Origin: a virus
Taxonomy: Duplodnaviria > Heunggongvirae > Uroviricota > Caudoviricetes
IMG/VR virus record: IMGVR_UViG_2565956723_000004
DNA length: 40,283 nucleotides
Strand: one strand, 5' to 3'
The notes beneath the pieces are model-generated. The model was not told where the DNA came from, searched no databases, and saw only the letters and a program-made list of their open reading frames with translations. The position numbers were made by a program, and so were the translations under genes. Positions 18,491 to 27,557 of this stretch are shown here, one piece after another (the stretch's first letter is position 1; each line of letters starts with the position of its first letter).

Positions 18491-19021
18491 TTATCCGGGA
18501 TAAACAGTAATAACATCACCATCACAGACCACACCGCCTGTATACAGGTAGCCGGGAATGTCCTGGGTAATGTTCAGACCAATAAGGTGACGGCTTGCGG
18601 GTTTGGCATCAGCAATCAGTCGCTCCATTTCCAGATACATTTCCTCTGTGATGCCGCTTTCCAGTACACCAATATCGAGCCGGAAGGTGCCGGGCGGGTC
18701 ATTGTTTTCCCACCACTCCGTCACATTGATGAGATAGCCGAGCGGCTCCACCACACGCCGGATTGCGCCGACAGTGCCTTTATGACAGTGGATGAAATAG
18801 GCATCGCGGATAACGGCGCGTTTTGTCGCTTCCGGCCACTTTTCATCCCACCTGTCGACCGAAAACGCCCACGCCAGCCACGGCAGCAGATTTGCCGGAC
18901 AGGTGTCCGGGTTCCACAGCTCACGAATACTGACCGGCGTTTTTTCAATTTCCGCACAGGCTTTTGCAGCGGCGACTTCAAGCGGTGATGAGCCGGTCGG
19001 CAGCAGTCGCGAATCACTCAT
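18491..19021 (-). CDS. I: Baseplate protein I, 176 aa
   Basis: Length and position as in P2 I. Confidence 0.85.
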   Translation of the reverse strand: MSDSRLLPTGSSPLEVAAAKACAEIEKTPVSIRELWNPDTCPANLLPWLAWAFSVDRWDEKWPEATKRAVIRDAYFIHCHKGTVGAIRRVVEPLGYLINVTEWWENNDPPGTFRLDIGVLESGITEEMYLEMERLIADAKPASRHLIGLNITQDIPGYLYTGGVVCDGDVITVYPG

Positions 19022-19922
19022 CCGAGCCTCCGGTCACGACGCGGTATTCGGTACAGAAAGACGCCTGCGTGCTGTTAAGCACGATATCGGCCAGCGGTGC
19101 AGCCAGTTCGACACGCTGCACGCCTTCCACATGCAAAGCGGCATAAATGGCAGACAGACGGATGTCGCGCCCCAGCCGGTGCTGTGCCGTGATGTACGCT
19201 TCCAGTTTTTTCACTGCAGCAGCGCGAATTGGTTCACTTTCGGGACCAGGGTAAAGGTAAAGCGTGGCGTTTATCTGGTATTCAACGATGGCGGCAGACT
19301 GCACGGTCACGCGGTCGGCCACCGGTCTGACGTCCTCGCCATTAAGGGCGTTACGCACCACCGCCAGCAGGTCTTCGGAAGCGACACCGTTATTTTCACG
19401 TGACAGCACAGAGATGGTGACACAGGCCGGAGACGGACTGGTGACAGAGATATCCGCGACACGCCCGTCGGCACTGCGGCCATGATACTGATAGGCACCC
19501 ACCGACCCGGCGACGCTTAAACCTTCAAACGCCTGCTGAATACGCAGACGATAATCAGTGTCAGATTCCATTACTGCCGGTGTCGGCGGGATGGTCGAAT
19601 CATCTGCCGGGGTGATAATCAGGCGCGTGGTATTGTAATTGGCACCAATCACATCAAGGTCATTACCGGCGGCACTGGCCAGCATCACCGCCCGTGCGGC
19701 CTCATTCACACGCTGACGCCAGATAAGCTCACGATAAGCATTTTCCTCCAGCAGTTTGACGAGAGGTTCGGATTCCAGCGTCAGGGTACGGGCGACCGCC
19801 TCCTGCTGGTCTTCCGGGTAAAGGGAAATCAGTGTCGCCTTGCGTTCGGCAAGAATGGTTTCAAAGTCCAGCTCCTCGACCACATCCGGTGCGGGTAGCT
19901 GGTTCAGGTCGATAATCGGCAT
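19014..19922 (-). CDS. J: Baseplate assembly protein J, 302 aa
   Basis: Length and position as in P2 J. Confidence 0.88.
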   Translation of the reverse strand: MPIIDLNQLPAPDVVEELDFETILAERKATLISLYPEDQQEAVARTLTLESEPLVKLLEENAYRELIWRQRVNEAARAVMLASAAGNDLDVIGANYNTTRLIITPADDSTIPPTPAVMESDTDYRLRIQQAFEGLSVAGSVGAYQYHGRSADGRVADISVTSPSPACVTISVLSRENNGVASEDLLAVVRNALNGEDVRPVADRVTVQSAAIVEYQINATLYLYPGPESEPIRAAAVKKLEAYITAQHRLGRDIRLSAIYAALHVEGVQRVELAAPLADIVLNSTQASFCTEYRVVTGGSDE

Positions 19923-19926
19923 GGTT

Positions 19927-20274
19927 TCAACTCACAGGGATGGTTAACGAAAGTGGCTGGCCGGTGTCGTTGTGCTGACCGGTTAACGTGACCGTCATTC
20001 GCCCGTCAAAACTGCGCTCAGTGGTGACGGATGACAGGGTGACGCGGGGTTCCCATTTCAGCACCGCCATGTAACAGGCGACCTTAATCTGCAACTCAAG
20101 CGCCGGAGTCTGCGGCTGGTCAATCATTGACGCCAGCAACGAGCCGTAATCACGACGCATCACCCGCGAGCCGACCGGTGTGCGCAGGATATCGCCGATA
20201 CTCTGGCTGATATGCTCAAGGTCAGTGACAGTCAGGCCATCACTGCGATTCATTCCGAGATAACGCGCAGTCAT
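19927..20274 (-). CDS. W: Baseplate protein W (gp25-like), 115 aa
   Basis: Length and position as in P2 W. Confidence 0.85.
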   Translation of the reverse strand: MTARYLGMNRSDGLTVTDLEHISQSIGDILRTPVGSRVMRRDYGSLLASMIDQPQTPALELQIKVACYMAVLKWEPRVTLSSVTTERSFDGRMTVTLTGQHNDTGQPLSLTIPVS

Positions 20275-20906
20275 AGAGGTCCCCCGGTTGTGCCGCCGCT
20301 GTCGCCGGGGTGTTTATGGGTATGCAGTACCTTACCGTTTGATGAGAGTTCACCGCCGGTGTGTTCAATGTTGCCGCGCATCGTCCCGCCCTTCTGTACT
20401 TCCAGCGTGCCGGTAATCAGTCTGTTGGTGCAGACCACCTCCGGGGTGTCCAGGGTGATGCGGGTTGACGCTTTCACCATGACTACCGGCACCGTGGCGG
20501 TAACAGAATCAGAAGCCGTCACGCTGGCCGTTTTAATTCCGCTTACCATCAGTGCACTGGTTTCAGGTTCATACTCAATCACCGCCCCGTCAGGGAAACG
20601 TATGTGCAGGGCATCCGCCGACGCAGACGGCGGAGGGTTATCGCCGGAATAAATCCCCGGCAGAACGAACGCCGTGTCGAGTTCACCGCCCACGGCCAGA
20701 ATCAGCACCTGTTCCCCCACGGAAGGTGCCCACCATGTGCGTGAACGTCCGGCACGATGGGTCAGCCACTGAAGCCAGTCGGTGCACATGCCGCCGGTCT
20801 GCACACGGCAGCGACCGGCGTTAAGGTCGGTTTCGACGATAATGCCGGGGCGTATCATGTTGCGCAGTGCGCGCGCGAGTTCCTGGATATTTGCGAGTGT
20901 TTTCAT
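20271..20906 (-). CDS. V: Baseplate spike protein V, 211 aa
   Basis: MKTLANIQELARALRNMIRPGIIVETD... is P2 V-like; start taken at the internal Met to match the P2 length. Confidence 0.85.
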   Translation of the reverse strand: MKTLANIQELARALRNMIRPGIIVETDLNAGRCRVQTGGMCTDWLQWLTHRAGRSRTWWAPSVGEQVLILAVGGELDTAFVLPGIYSGDNPPPSASADALHIRFPDGAVIEYEPETSALMVSGIKTASVTASDSVTATVPVVMVKASTRITLDTPEVVCTNRLITGTLEVQKGGTMRGNIEHTGGELSSNGKVLHTHKHPGDSGGTTGGPL

Positions 20907-21039
20907 AAGATCTAGCATGCTGCTGAGAACTGATGAGAACAATAAAAGAGTGTTTTTCTAAGGTTGACACAACACTCCATTTGAAGTGAATATAATGATT
21001 ACTTAACTGGCAAAAAAACATCCTCACTAATTGGAGCCA

Positions 21040-22131
21040 ATGGATACACGCATGTCAGACATTCTAATTACTTATGATGAACGGAAAGATAAATTTGAGT
21101 CCTATGCCCTTACTCTTAAATCGTTATTAACCACGTTAATTCGCAATGAAAAAATTTCAATTCACTCACTTGAATCAAGAGTTAAAACAAAAAAAAGCCT
21201 TGAAGGTAAGATTAATAAAAAGGGAAAATACAAGTCTATAGATGATATTACTGATATCGTTGGTATCAGGATCATCACACATTATGCTGATGATGTTGAT
21301 AAGATAGCTGCTATAGTTGAAAAGGAGTTCACCATTGACCAAGAGAACTCTATTGATAAAAGAACCTCAATTGCGCCTGATAAATTTGGTTACCTATCAC
21401 TTCATTATATAGTAACTTTAAACTCAACCAGAACAAACTTAAAAGAATATGAAGTATATAAAAACATCAAAGCCGAATTACAAATACGATCAATCCTTCA
21501 GCATGCCTGGGCGGAGATTGAACACGACATTGGTTATAAGTCGGCCACAGGACTGCCTAATGAAATAAGAAGATACTTTTCACGCTTAGCTGGTCTTTTA
21601 GAAATGGCCGATGATGAATTTATTAAAATCAGAAAAAAGATTTCTGAACGGCAGAAAGAGGTTGCAAAAGAACTAGAGCAAGGAACTAGTGATTCAGTTT
21701 TAGATATTTTCACTTTGGATGAATTCTTAAACACAAGTCGAATTATGAGTGAACTTTCAGAAGAGATAAAAGAAAAAACAGGAATCACAGTACATGGCCG
21801 ATACAAGGATAAAGATTTGGGATACCTACTAAATGGTTTAAACCTAGCCAACATAACTACAATAGAACAACTCAATCAAAAACTCTCACAAATGAAAAAG
21901 CAGATCGTAGATAGAATATTCTGCTTCGGAGAACCATTTATTAATTATTGCAGAGAAACCCCCATGCCAAAAGAAGCTCTTTTGAGTTATTTATGTCAAA
22001 TTATCGTTGCGTTTCAAAACTCACCTTCGTTAGAATCTGAATTTAATAACAAAGCAGGTTTAAATCTGAAAAACAGCAATATCTCCGATTTTTTCTCGAA
22101 TATAAGAGAAAACATAAGCACACAACCTTAG
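21040..22131 (+). CDS. RelA/SpoT-domain nucleotidyltransferase (toxic small alarmone synthetase-like), 364 aa, probable CapRel-like fused toxin-antitoxin
   Basis: Synthetase-domain motifs RVKTKKSLEGK, DIVGIRIITHY, GYLSLHYIV, ELQIRSILQHAWAEIEHDIGYK; about 170 aa of C-terminal extension; AT-rich; opposite strand to flanking late genes. Start 21040 (ATG after GGAG) is uncertain; ATG at 21052 is an alternative. Confidence 0.8.
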   Translation: MDTRMSDILITYDERKDKFESYALTLKSLLTTLIRNEKISIHSLESRVKTKKSLEGKINKKGKYKSIDDITDIVGIRIITHYADDVDKIAAIVEKEFTIDQENSIDKRTSIAPDKFGYLSLHYIVTLNSTRTNLKEYEVYKNIKAELQIRSILQHAWAEIEHDIGYKSATGLPNEIRRYFSRLAGLLEMADDEFIKIRKKISERQKEVAKELEQGTSDSVLDIFTLDEFLNTSRIMSELSEEIKEKTGITVHGRYKDKDLGYLLNGLNLANITTIEQLNQKLSQMKKQIVDRIFCFGEPFINYCRETPMPKEALLSYLCQIIVAFQNSPSLESEFNNKAGLNLKNSNISDFFSNIRENISTQP

Positions 22132-22150
22132 CTTTAGTTTTAACGTATTC

Positions 22151-22176
22151 TAACAGAAGACTGCTGCCGGTAAGCA
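22151..22176. terminator. GC-rich hairpin between the convergent RelA/SpoT gene and S
   Basis: Stem CTGCTGCCGG/CCGGCAGCAG with 6-nt loop; no clear T-run, so its function as a terminator is uncertain. Confidence 0.4.
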
Positions 22177-22211
22177 CCGGCAGCAGCGATGAGGTGTCGG
22201 GAATGGCACAA

Positions 22212-22664
22212 CTAACGCTCAAGGTGAGCCAGGATAATCTCTTCAATCATCTGCACATCCTCACCGGTAAAGCCGAGCAGAGGACGCGCCGGATAATCAA
22301 TTTTCTTACCGTCTTTCCGGGTTTCTTCCGACAGACCGAACTGATGCACACTGGCGATTTTCGGTGACTTTCCGCCGTAAAACTCCATTGATGCCTGTTC
22401 CGGGCTGGCGCGGATATGCAAAAAACGACTGGTGATAAGTTTCGCAAACATTTTTCGCTTAACACGACCGGTCTTTTTTCTGGCGCTCTGCTGCTGGCGT
22501 GGTGCGTAGGGTGTGCCGTCCGGGGCTTTCTGTGCCATCACCCGGCGCTGCTGACTCTGCCGCAGATGTTTCGCCAGTTCGGTGCTCAGTCGCCGACGCC
22601 CTGATGGTGACAGTGATTCAATCAGCCCGGTCAGCCGGTCTTCAAAACGCTTAAACTCATTCAT
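22212..22664 (-). CDS. S: Tail completion protein S, 150 aa
   Basis: Length and position as in P2 S. Confidence 0.85.
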   Translation of the reverse strand: MNEFKRFEDRLTGLIESLSPSGRRRLSTELAKHLRQSQQRRVMAQKAPDGTPYAPRQQQSARKKTGRVKRKMFAKLITSRFLHIRASPEQASMEFYGGKSPKIASVHQFGLSEETRKDGKKIDYPARPLLGFTGEDVQMIEEIILAHLER

Positions 22665-23124
22665 CCCACTTGCTCACCAGTTCGCCATTGATATAAAGCT
22701 CCATCGGGCGGGTGACCGGCTCCGGCGGCGGAGGTTCCGGGATATTCTTCACATGCAGTGCGCCGTCCACCTCACTGACCAGCGTGCGCTCGGTCAGCAT
22801 CAGGCTGATGCTGATATCAAAGCTGCTGTCATTGTTGATGTCCGCATAAAACGTGAAGCCCTTTTTCTGGCCTTCGTCGGTGGTCATGATGTCGGGCTGA
22901 TTTTCCCGCAGCCACGCCAGCACCGGCACGATGAGCAGGTCAAAATCACCGGTAAAGTCGGTCACAATGACATTGAGCGTGTAACGCTTTTCGAATGACA
23001 GCGACGTCGCCAGCGTGGAGGCAATACTCCCGTTATCCACGAATATCCGCAGCATCTCGGGACTGGTTTTCAGCACCGTGACGGCATCAGTCAGCGCCCT
23101 GCGCAGGCTGTCGGGTTTGAGCAT
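22657..23124 (-). CDS. R: Tail completion protein R, 155 aa
   Basis: Length and position as in P2 R. Confidence 0.85.
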   Translation of the reverse strand: MLKPDSLRRALTDAVTVLKTSPEMLRIFVDNGSIASTLATSLSFEKRYTLNVIVTDFTGDFDLLIVPVLAWLRENQPDIMTTDEGQKKGFTFYADINNDSSFDISISLMLTERTLVSEVDGALHVKNIPEPPPPEPVTRPMELYINGELVSKWDE

Positions 23125-23377
23125 CGTTTTCGTCCTGACAGTGTTTAATCATTTTTACCTGGCTGGCACAGCGTGCCAGCGCGTTCTCAAGCAGCCGGAT
23201 ATCGGCACTTAAATCGCCGTTCGTCTGCGGGTCACTGCCCGGCATCGGGCAAAGGCTCACTTTCGGGCAGGCGTTGGCGACAATCACTGGCGTCGGCGCA
23301 GGCCGGGCGCTGGTGCAACCGGCGCACAGCATCAGGCAGGTCAGCACCGTACCAGCGGCGAAAATCTTCGTTTTCAT
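23087..23377 (-). CDS. lysC: LysC (Rz1-like outer-membrane spanin lipoprotein), 96 aa, embedded in lysB
   Basis: MKTKIFAAGTVLTCLMLCAGC signal peptide with lipobox Cys, in an alternative frame overlapping the lysB 3' region. Confidence 0.7.
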   Translation of the reverse strand: MKTKIFAAGTVLTCLMLCAGCTSARPAPTPVIVANACPKVSLCPMPGSDPQTNGDLSADIRLLENALARCASQVKMIKHCQDENDAQTRQPAQGAD

Positions 23378-23657
23378 TGAGTAACCTCGTGATGGTTTTC
23401 TCGCGCTGAGCTTCACGCTTCGCGGCGTTTTCCAGTTCCTGACGCAGTGCCACCTGCGCCAGCTCGTTTTTGTCTGCCCTGGTAAGGGCAACATGAAGCT
23501 GGTTTTTCAGCATGGTGATGGTCGTCTGCTGCCCGCTGGCGACATTGTTCGCCCTGTCCAGCGAGGCGCGCAGGCTGGCATTTTTATGTTTCACCAGAAA
23601 CAGACCGGCCACCGCCAGCGATAACAACACGACCAGCACAATCATCAGCTTTGACAT
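23232..23657 (-). CDS. lysB: LysB (Rz-like inner-membrane spanin), 141 aa
   Basis: N-terminal transmembrane helix followed by a charged coiled-coil region; P2 LysB length. Confidence 0.82.
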   Translation of the reverse strand: MSKLMIVLVVLLSLAVAGLFLVKHKNASLRASLDRANNVASGQQTTITMLKNQLHVALTRADKNELAQVALRQELENAAKREAQREKTITRLLNENEDFRRWYGADLPDAVRRLHQRPACADASDCRQRLPESEPLPDAGQ

Positions 23658-24070
23658 AGTTCCCGCCCCTCAAGACGCTGACGACAGGCTTTACGTATCA
23701 GCCGGAAAAACAGCGACGCCACAAGATAAATCAGCGCGGTAAAAATCCACCCGGCAGCGACCAGCGAGATAAACGTCGCCACCATCACCACCAGAGCCGC
23801 CGCCCGTCTGCGCCACGGCACCGGCTGCAAAAACAGCGACGTGACAATCTTCACGGCCAGCGATTCCGGCGGCAGCTCCCGCCCGTAGCGTTCCAGCACA
23901 TACTCCGTGGCATACACGCCGACACCACCGGCAACCACACAGATAACCGTCGCCAGAATCGCCCAGGTGGCGACAAAACTGACGGCCACGCTCTGCGGGT
24001 AAATCAGGGACAGTGCCAGCATCAGCGCCAGCGACACGTTCAGCATCAGTGAAAGGGATAATTTCTTCAT
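23645..24070 (-). CDS. lysA: LysA (lysis timing membrane protein), 141 aa
   Basis: Multi-pass hydrophobic protein at the P2 lysA position. Confidence 0.8.
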   Translation of the reverse strand: MKKLSLSLMLNVSLALMLALSLIYPQSVAVSFVATWAILATVICVVAGGVGVYATEYVLERYGRELPPESLAVKIVTSLFLQPVPWRRRAAALVVMVATFISLVAAGWIFTALIYLVASLFFRLIRKACRQRLEGRELCQS

Positions 24071-24084
24071 GGTGTTTACTCCGT

Positions 24085-24582
24085 TTAAGCCGGTACGCCG
24101 CCGGCGGTACGCCAGACGGTGACCAGTTTTTCCAGTGAATGCTCACGCTGACCGTAACCGGCACCCGGCAGGGACGCCCAGATATTGCGACAGCGTGAAA
24201 TGGCGCGCTCAATGCGTCCCGCCCGGATGTCATCCAGTGCACCGCGTTCGCGGATCAACTGAATGGAGAGCCTGTCCTGTGACAACGGACTGAAATCCGG
24301 CAGGGCAAGCTGTTTGCGGTAGTGCGGCCAGAACAGGTAAAGCTGCTGATAGCGACCGGAGGCCGTGGATTTTTCACCGCGACGGTTAAACACCTTCGCC
24401 GGTCGGCCATGCGCGAACGGGTGGTCACTGTAGTCGGTGAAAATTTCCGGCTTTCCGTCCAGTCCGGTGACTATCACGTCATAGCCCCGGTTTTTCGTCA
24501 GCGGATGATTCGCCGTCCCTTCCGACACGGCCAGCATGTCGAGAAAGGCGGCGATATTCTGATGCGTGTTAATTACCGGCAT
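24085..24582 (-). CDS. K: Endolysin K (lysozyme), 165 aa
   Basis: MPVINTHQNIAAFLDMLAVSEGTANHP... matches P2 K as recalled. Confidence 0.88.
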   Translation of the reverse strand: MPVINTHQNIAAFLDMLAVSEGTANHPLTKNRGYDVIVTGLDGKPEIFTDYSDHPFAHGRPAKVFNRRGEKSTASGRYQQLYLFWPHYRKQLALPDFSPLSQDRLSIQLIRERGALDDIRAGRIERAISRCRNIWASLPGAGYGQREHSLEKLVTVWRTAGGVPA

Positions 24583-24863
24583 TACGGTTTCCCCCTGCCC
24601 TTAAAACGGCGCTGAATGGCAATCTCAATCACCTGATAACCGGCGATACCCAGCATGGAGCCGATGCCGCACACCGCAGGCAGTGACAGGTCAGGAAACT
24701 GCACCAGAACAACACCGGCAACCATCGAGACAAAACCACCGAGCAACATGCGCCCGATAAACAGACGCGGGGTGATGGGTTCACCACCGGCAAGCACCTT
24801 GCCGACAACAATCAGCACCCCAATCATGAAAAGCGACAGGACGCTTTTTTCTTCTGCTGTCAT
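24582..24863 (-). CDS. Y: Holin Y, 93 aa
   Basis: Small protein with transmembrane helices immediately upstream of K. Confidence 0.85.
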   Translation of the reverse strand: MTAEEKSVLSLFMIGVLIVVGKVLAGGEPITPRLFIGRMLLGGFVSMVAGVVLVQFPDLSLPAVCGIGSMLGIAGYQVIEIAIQRRFKGRGKP

Positions 24864-24866
24864 GCG

Positions 24867-25070
24867 TTACTCCCACAGATTGACAGTTTCAGCCACGGGC
24901 GCGGTCTGAACGTCGGGCAGTTCGACGGCGGTGCCATGTGGCAGCACCGCCCCCAGTTCAGCCAGTCCCGGATTTGCGGCGAGCACGGTCTCAACCACGC
25001 CCTCAGTGCGCCCGTAATACCGGACACAAATGGCGTCGAGCGTGTCGCCCTGTAGCGCAAAGGTCTTCAT
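24867..25070 (-). CDS. X: Tail protein X (LysM-like), 67 aa
   Basis: MKTFALQGDTLDAICVRYYG...; start taken at the internal Met to match P2 X. Confidence 0.8.
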   Translation of the reverse strand: MKTFALQGDTLDAICVRYYGRTEGVVETVLAANPGLAELGAVLPHGTAVELPDVQTAPVAETVNLWE

Positions 25071-25579
25071 CAGATTTGACTCACGATGCAGCGCGGCTTG
25101 TCCTGGATACGCGCCACTGCCCAGCGCATATCCCGCCACAGTTCATCAATGGTGCTGTCAATGCTGTCGGCCTTCTTGTCGCCTTTCGCACTGGCATCCA
25201 CGCCGCGGTAACGCTCATAAAGCGACGCGGTCGCCATCGCACACACGGCGCGCTCGTAGTAAAAAACTTTGATACTTTCACCGTCGATGTCGTCCGCCGG
25301 AACGTCCGCCAGACGCGTAAAACCGGCGGCTATTTTCTGTTCGCGGTACTCGTACAGCTCCGCATTCGTCTCCGCCATGCCTGACTTGATGGCCTCACGC
25401 AGACGGGCGGGGGCGACGGTCTGCTCAAGGCGCATACGTTCCCGGACGCGCTTCGGGTCGATATCGGGAAAAAAGAACGTGTTTTTAATCACCGGCTCGT
25501 CGCCTGCCGGTTGCGGGATGACCACCGTACCCTCACCGGACACGGGAGCCTCCTTTCGCGGAATAATCAGCGTCATCAT
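25070..25579 (-). CDS. L: Head completion protein L, 169 aa
   Basis: Position and length as P2 L (start at MMTLIIPRK). Confidence 0.82.
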   Translation of the reverse strand: MMTLIIPRKEAPVSGEGTVVIPQPAGDEPVIKNTFFFPDIDPKRVRERMRLEQTVAPARLREAIKSGMAETNAELYEYREQKIAAGFTRLADVPADDIDGESIKVFYYERAVCAMATASLYERYRGVDASAKGDKKADSIDSTIDELWRDMRWAVARIQDKPRCIVSQI

Positions 25580-25678
25580 GACTACCTCTGAAAAGTCGGG
25601 CGGTGGACGCCGGTGCAGTGTCAGGTGATTCACCCTCACTGACCGGCGTGCCGCCCTGGCGCGGGGCGCATTCGGTTG

Positions 25679-26422
25679 TTAACTGGCTTTCTTTTTCGGG
25701 CGTCCACGTTTTGCCGGTGTCGCACTCCGGGTCTTACGCGGGGCGCAGGTGGCCGCTTTTGGCTGTGGCTCCGGCTTCGGTTTCAGTTCCCGCTCCAGTC
25801 GTTCAATCTCTTTTTTGACGCCTGCCTGACAGTCGAGCTGTGTCGCACGTTGCAGGTGCGCCAGCGCACCTGCGGCATCACCAGCGTCACGCAGAAACAG
25901 ACCGGTGATTTTGTGCAGCTTTGCGCGCACTTCATCAGGCATGTCAGCCGTGGCGGTCAGTTCGAGGGTGTCCGTCAGCAGGCGGGGATCCACAGACTCA
26001 CCGGCAGCGTGGGCGCGCATGGCCGCGAGCGCCACCTCCTCGGTGAACATGTACGGCGGGGTGCGGCGGTGTTTACCCGGCATGGTCAGACCGTACTTCA
26101 GGGCATAACGGGCAATCTCCAGCGCACCGGCAATATCGCCGGTATCCAGACGCCACAGCATGACCGTCATCAGAATGTCATCCTGTGCACCTTTGCCCTG
26201 CTCCAGCACGCCGTTCACCCACGGCAACCAGAACGGCAGCAGTTCGCGTTTTTTCGCGGCCTTAAGCTCTTTTGAGTAAATCGCTTTCAGTGTGCGCTGG
26301 TCTGCGGCGAGCTTAACCAGCATCTGCTCATAGACAGTTGCATGTCGCAGCGGGGCGGCTTCCCGCTGCGCGGTCATCGCTGCCGAGACCCGCATCATGT
26401 GGCGCTGTGCGGGACTCGTCAT
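25679..26422 (-). CDS. M: Terminase small (endonuclease) subunit M, 247 aa
   Basis: Length and position as in P2 M. Confidence 0.85.
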   Translation of the reverse strand: MTSPAQRHMMRVSAAMTAQREAAPLRHATVYEQMLVKLAADQRTLKAIYSKELKAAKKRELLPFWLPWVNGVLEQGKGAQDDILMTVMLWRLDTGDIAGALEIARYALKYGLTMPGKHRRTPPYMFTEEVALAAMRAHAAGESVDPRLLTDTLELTATADMPDEVRAKLHKITGLFLRDAGDAAGALAHLQRATQLDCQAGVKKEIERLERELKPKPEPQPKAATCAPRKTRSATPAKRGRPKKKAS

Positions 26423-26425
26423 CAG

Positions 26426-27499
26426 TTACGCTCCCGGCTCTGCGGTCGCCCTGGCCGGTGTGGAGAAATCACCGACCTTAATTTTTTCCACCAGGCAACC
26501 GGCGGCGTAGTCTTCCACCACGTAATCAATATTCATTGACTCGTAGTTCTCCACGCGGTCGAGTTTCGGGTTTTCCACAATCACGCGGCGATGGCTGTCA
26601 TCCATGTAGTAGATGGACAGGTTTTCCAGCTTCGTGATGAGCATCGCATCCGCCGGGAAGTACGGGACGCGTACCGCTGGCAGGTTGCCGATGCGTTTCT
26701 GGCTGATGATGACGTCAGCGGCCAGCATCTCGCTGTTGTCCTGCTCCTTGTTGACGATGGGGAAATACTTGTCCGCCAGTAGCTGACGCCCCACAATCAC
26801 CACAAGGTCAGGGTCTTCCTGATACCACGGTTCAATCAGGTTGTTGGTCGCATCCATCACCAGTGCATCAAGGCTGGCATAATCACCGCCCTTACCCACG
26901 CGGATAACCTCAGAGGTGGTGCGGCCTTCCTCGTCAGTGACCTTGCTCATCACGCGCGCCGGGGCTTCATTGCGGTATTTCTGCAGCCAGCCGACCGCCA
27001 CATCCTGCAACATCGGATTGCTGCTGCGGTCAGAGGTTTCGGCACGCTTCACGCCGTTAAAACCGGCCATGATTAAATCAAGGGACTGGCGTTTGATAAT
27101 GGCGTTACGGACACGGAGCTGGAAATCCTGATAACGCGCCCACAGGTCAAGCGTTTTGTAGCGGATATAAAAATCGAAGTTAATCTGGTCGCATTCGTAC
27201 TTACTGGACGCCAGCTTCGAGAAGTCCTTCGGCTGACGCTCGGTGCCACCGGCGGTGTCGGTGGTGCTGGCGATGGAGCCGGTGACACCAATACCAATTT
27301 TTTCCCCTTTCATTTCGCTGACCGGCACAATGTTGATGCGGGTCAGAAAGTCAGAGGACTCCTGCATGGTGTTCATCAGGGTCTGGGTGACCGACGGTTC
27401 AACGGTGAATTTTTTCGACACATCACCGGCGTCGATGCCGTTCAGCTCGGCAACACGGGACAGGTAGGCATTAAATTTAAAGCGGGTTTCCTGGCGCAT
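26426..27499 (-). CDS. N: Major capsid protein N, 357 aa
   Basis: Length and position as in P2 N. Confidence 0.9.
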   Translation of the reverse strand: MRQETRFKFNAYLSRVAELNGIDAGDVSKKFTVEPSVTQTLMNTMQESSDFLTRINIVPVSEMKGEKIGIGVTGSIASTTDTAGGTERQPKDFSKLASSKYECDQINFDFYIRYKTLDLWARYQDFQLRVRNAIIKRQSLDLIMAGFNGVKRAETSDRSSNPMLQDVAVGWLQKYRNEAPARVMSKVTDEEGRTTSEVIRVGKGGDYASLDALVMDATNNLIEPWYQEDPDLVVIVGRQLLADKYFPIVNKEQDNSEMLAADVIISQKRIGNLPAVRVPYFPADAMLITKLENLSIYYMDDSHRRVIVENPKLDRVENYESMNIDYVVEDYAAGCLVEKIKVGDFSTPARATAEPGA

Positions 27500-27557
27500 A
27501 GTTTTTCCTGAAATTAAGGGTTAATCGTGAAGGTTTTCCCGGACTGACTGACGCCGG

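Noticed and set aside
25676-26275. 199-codon plus-strand ORF overlapping terminase small subunit M
   Set aside because: Antisense shadow ORF in GC-rich coding DNA; Arg/Gly-rich with no plausible start context.
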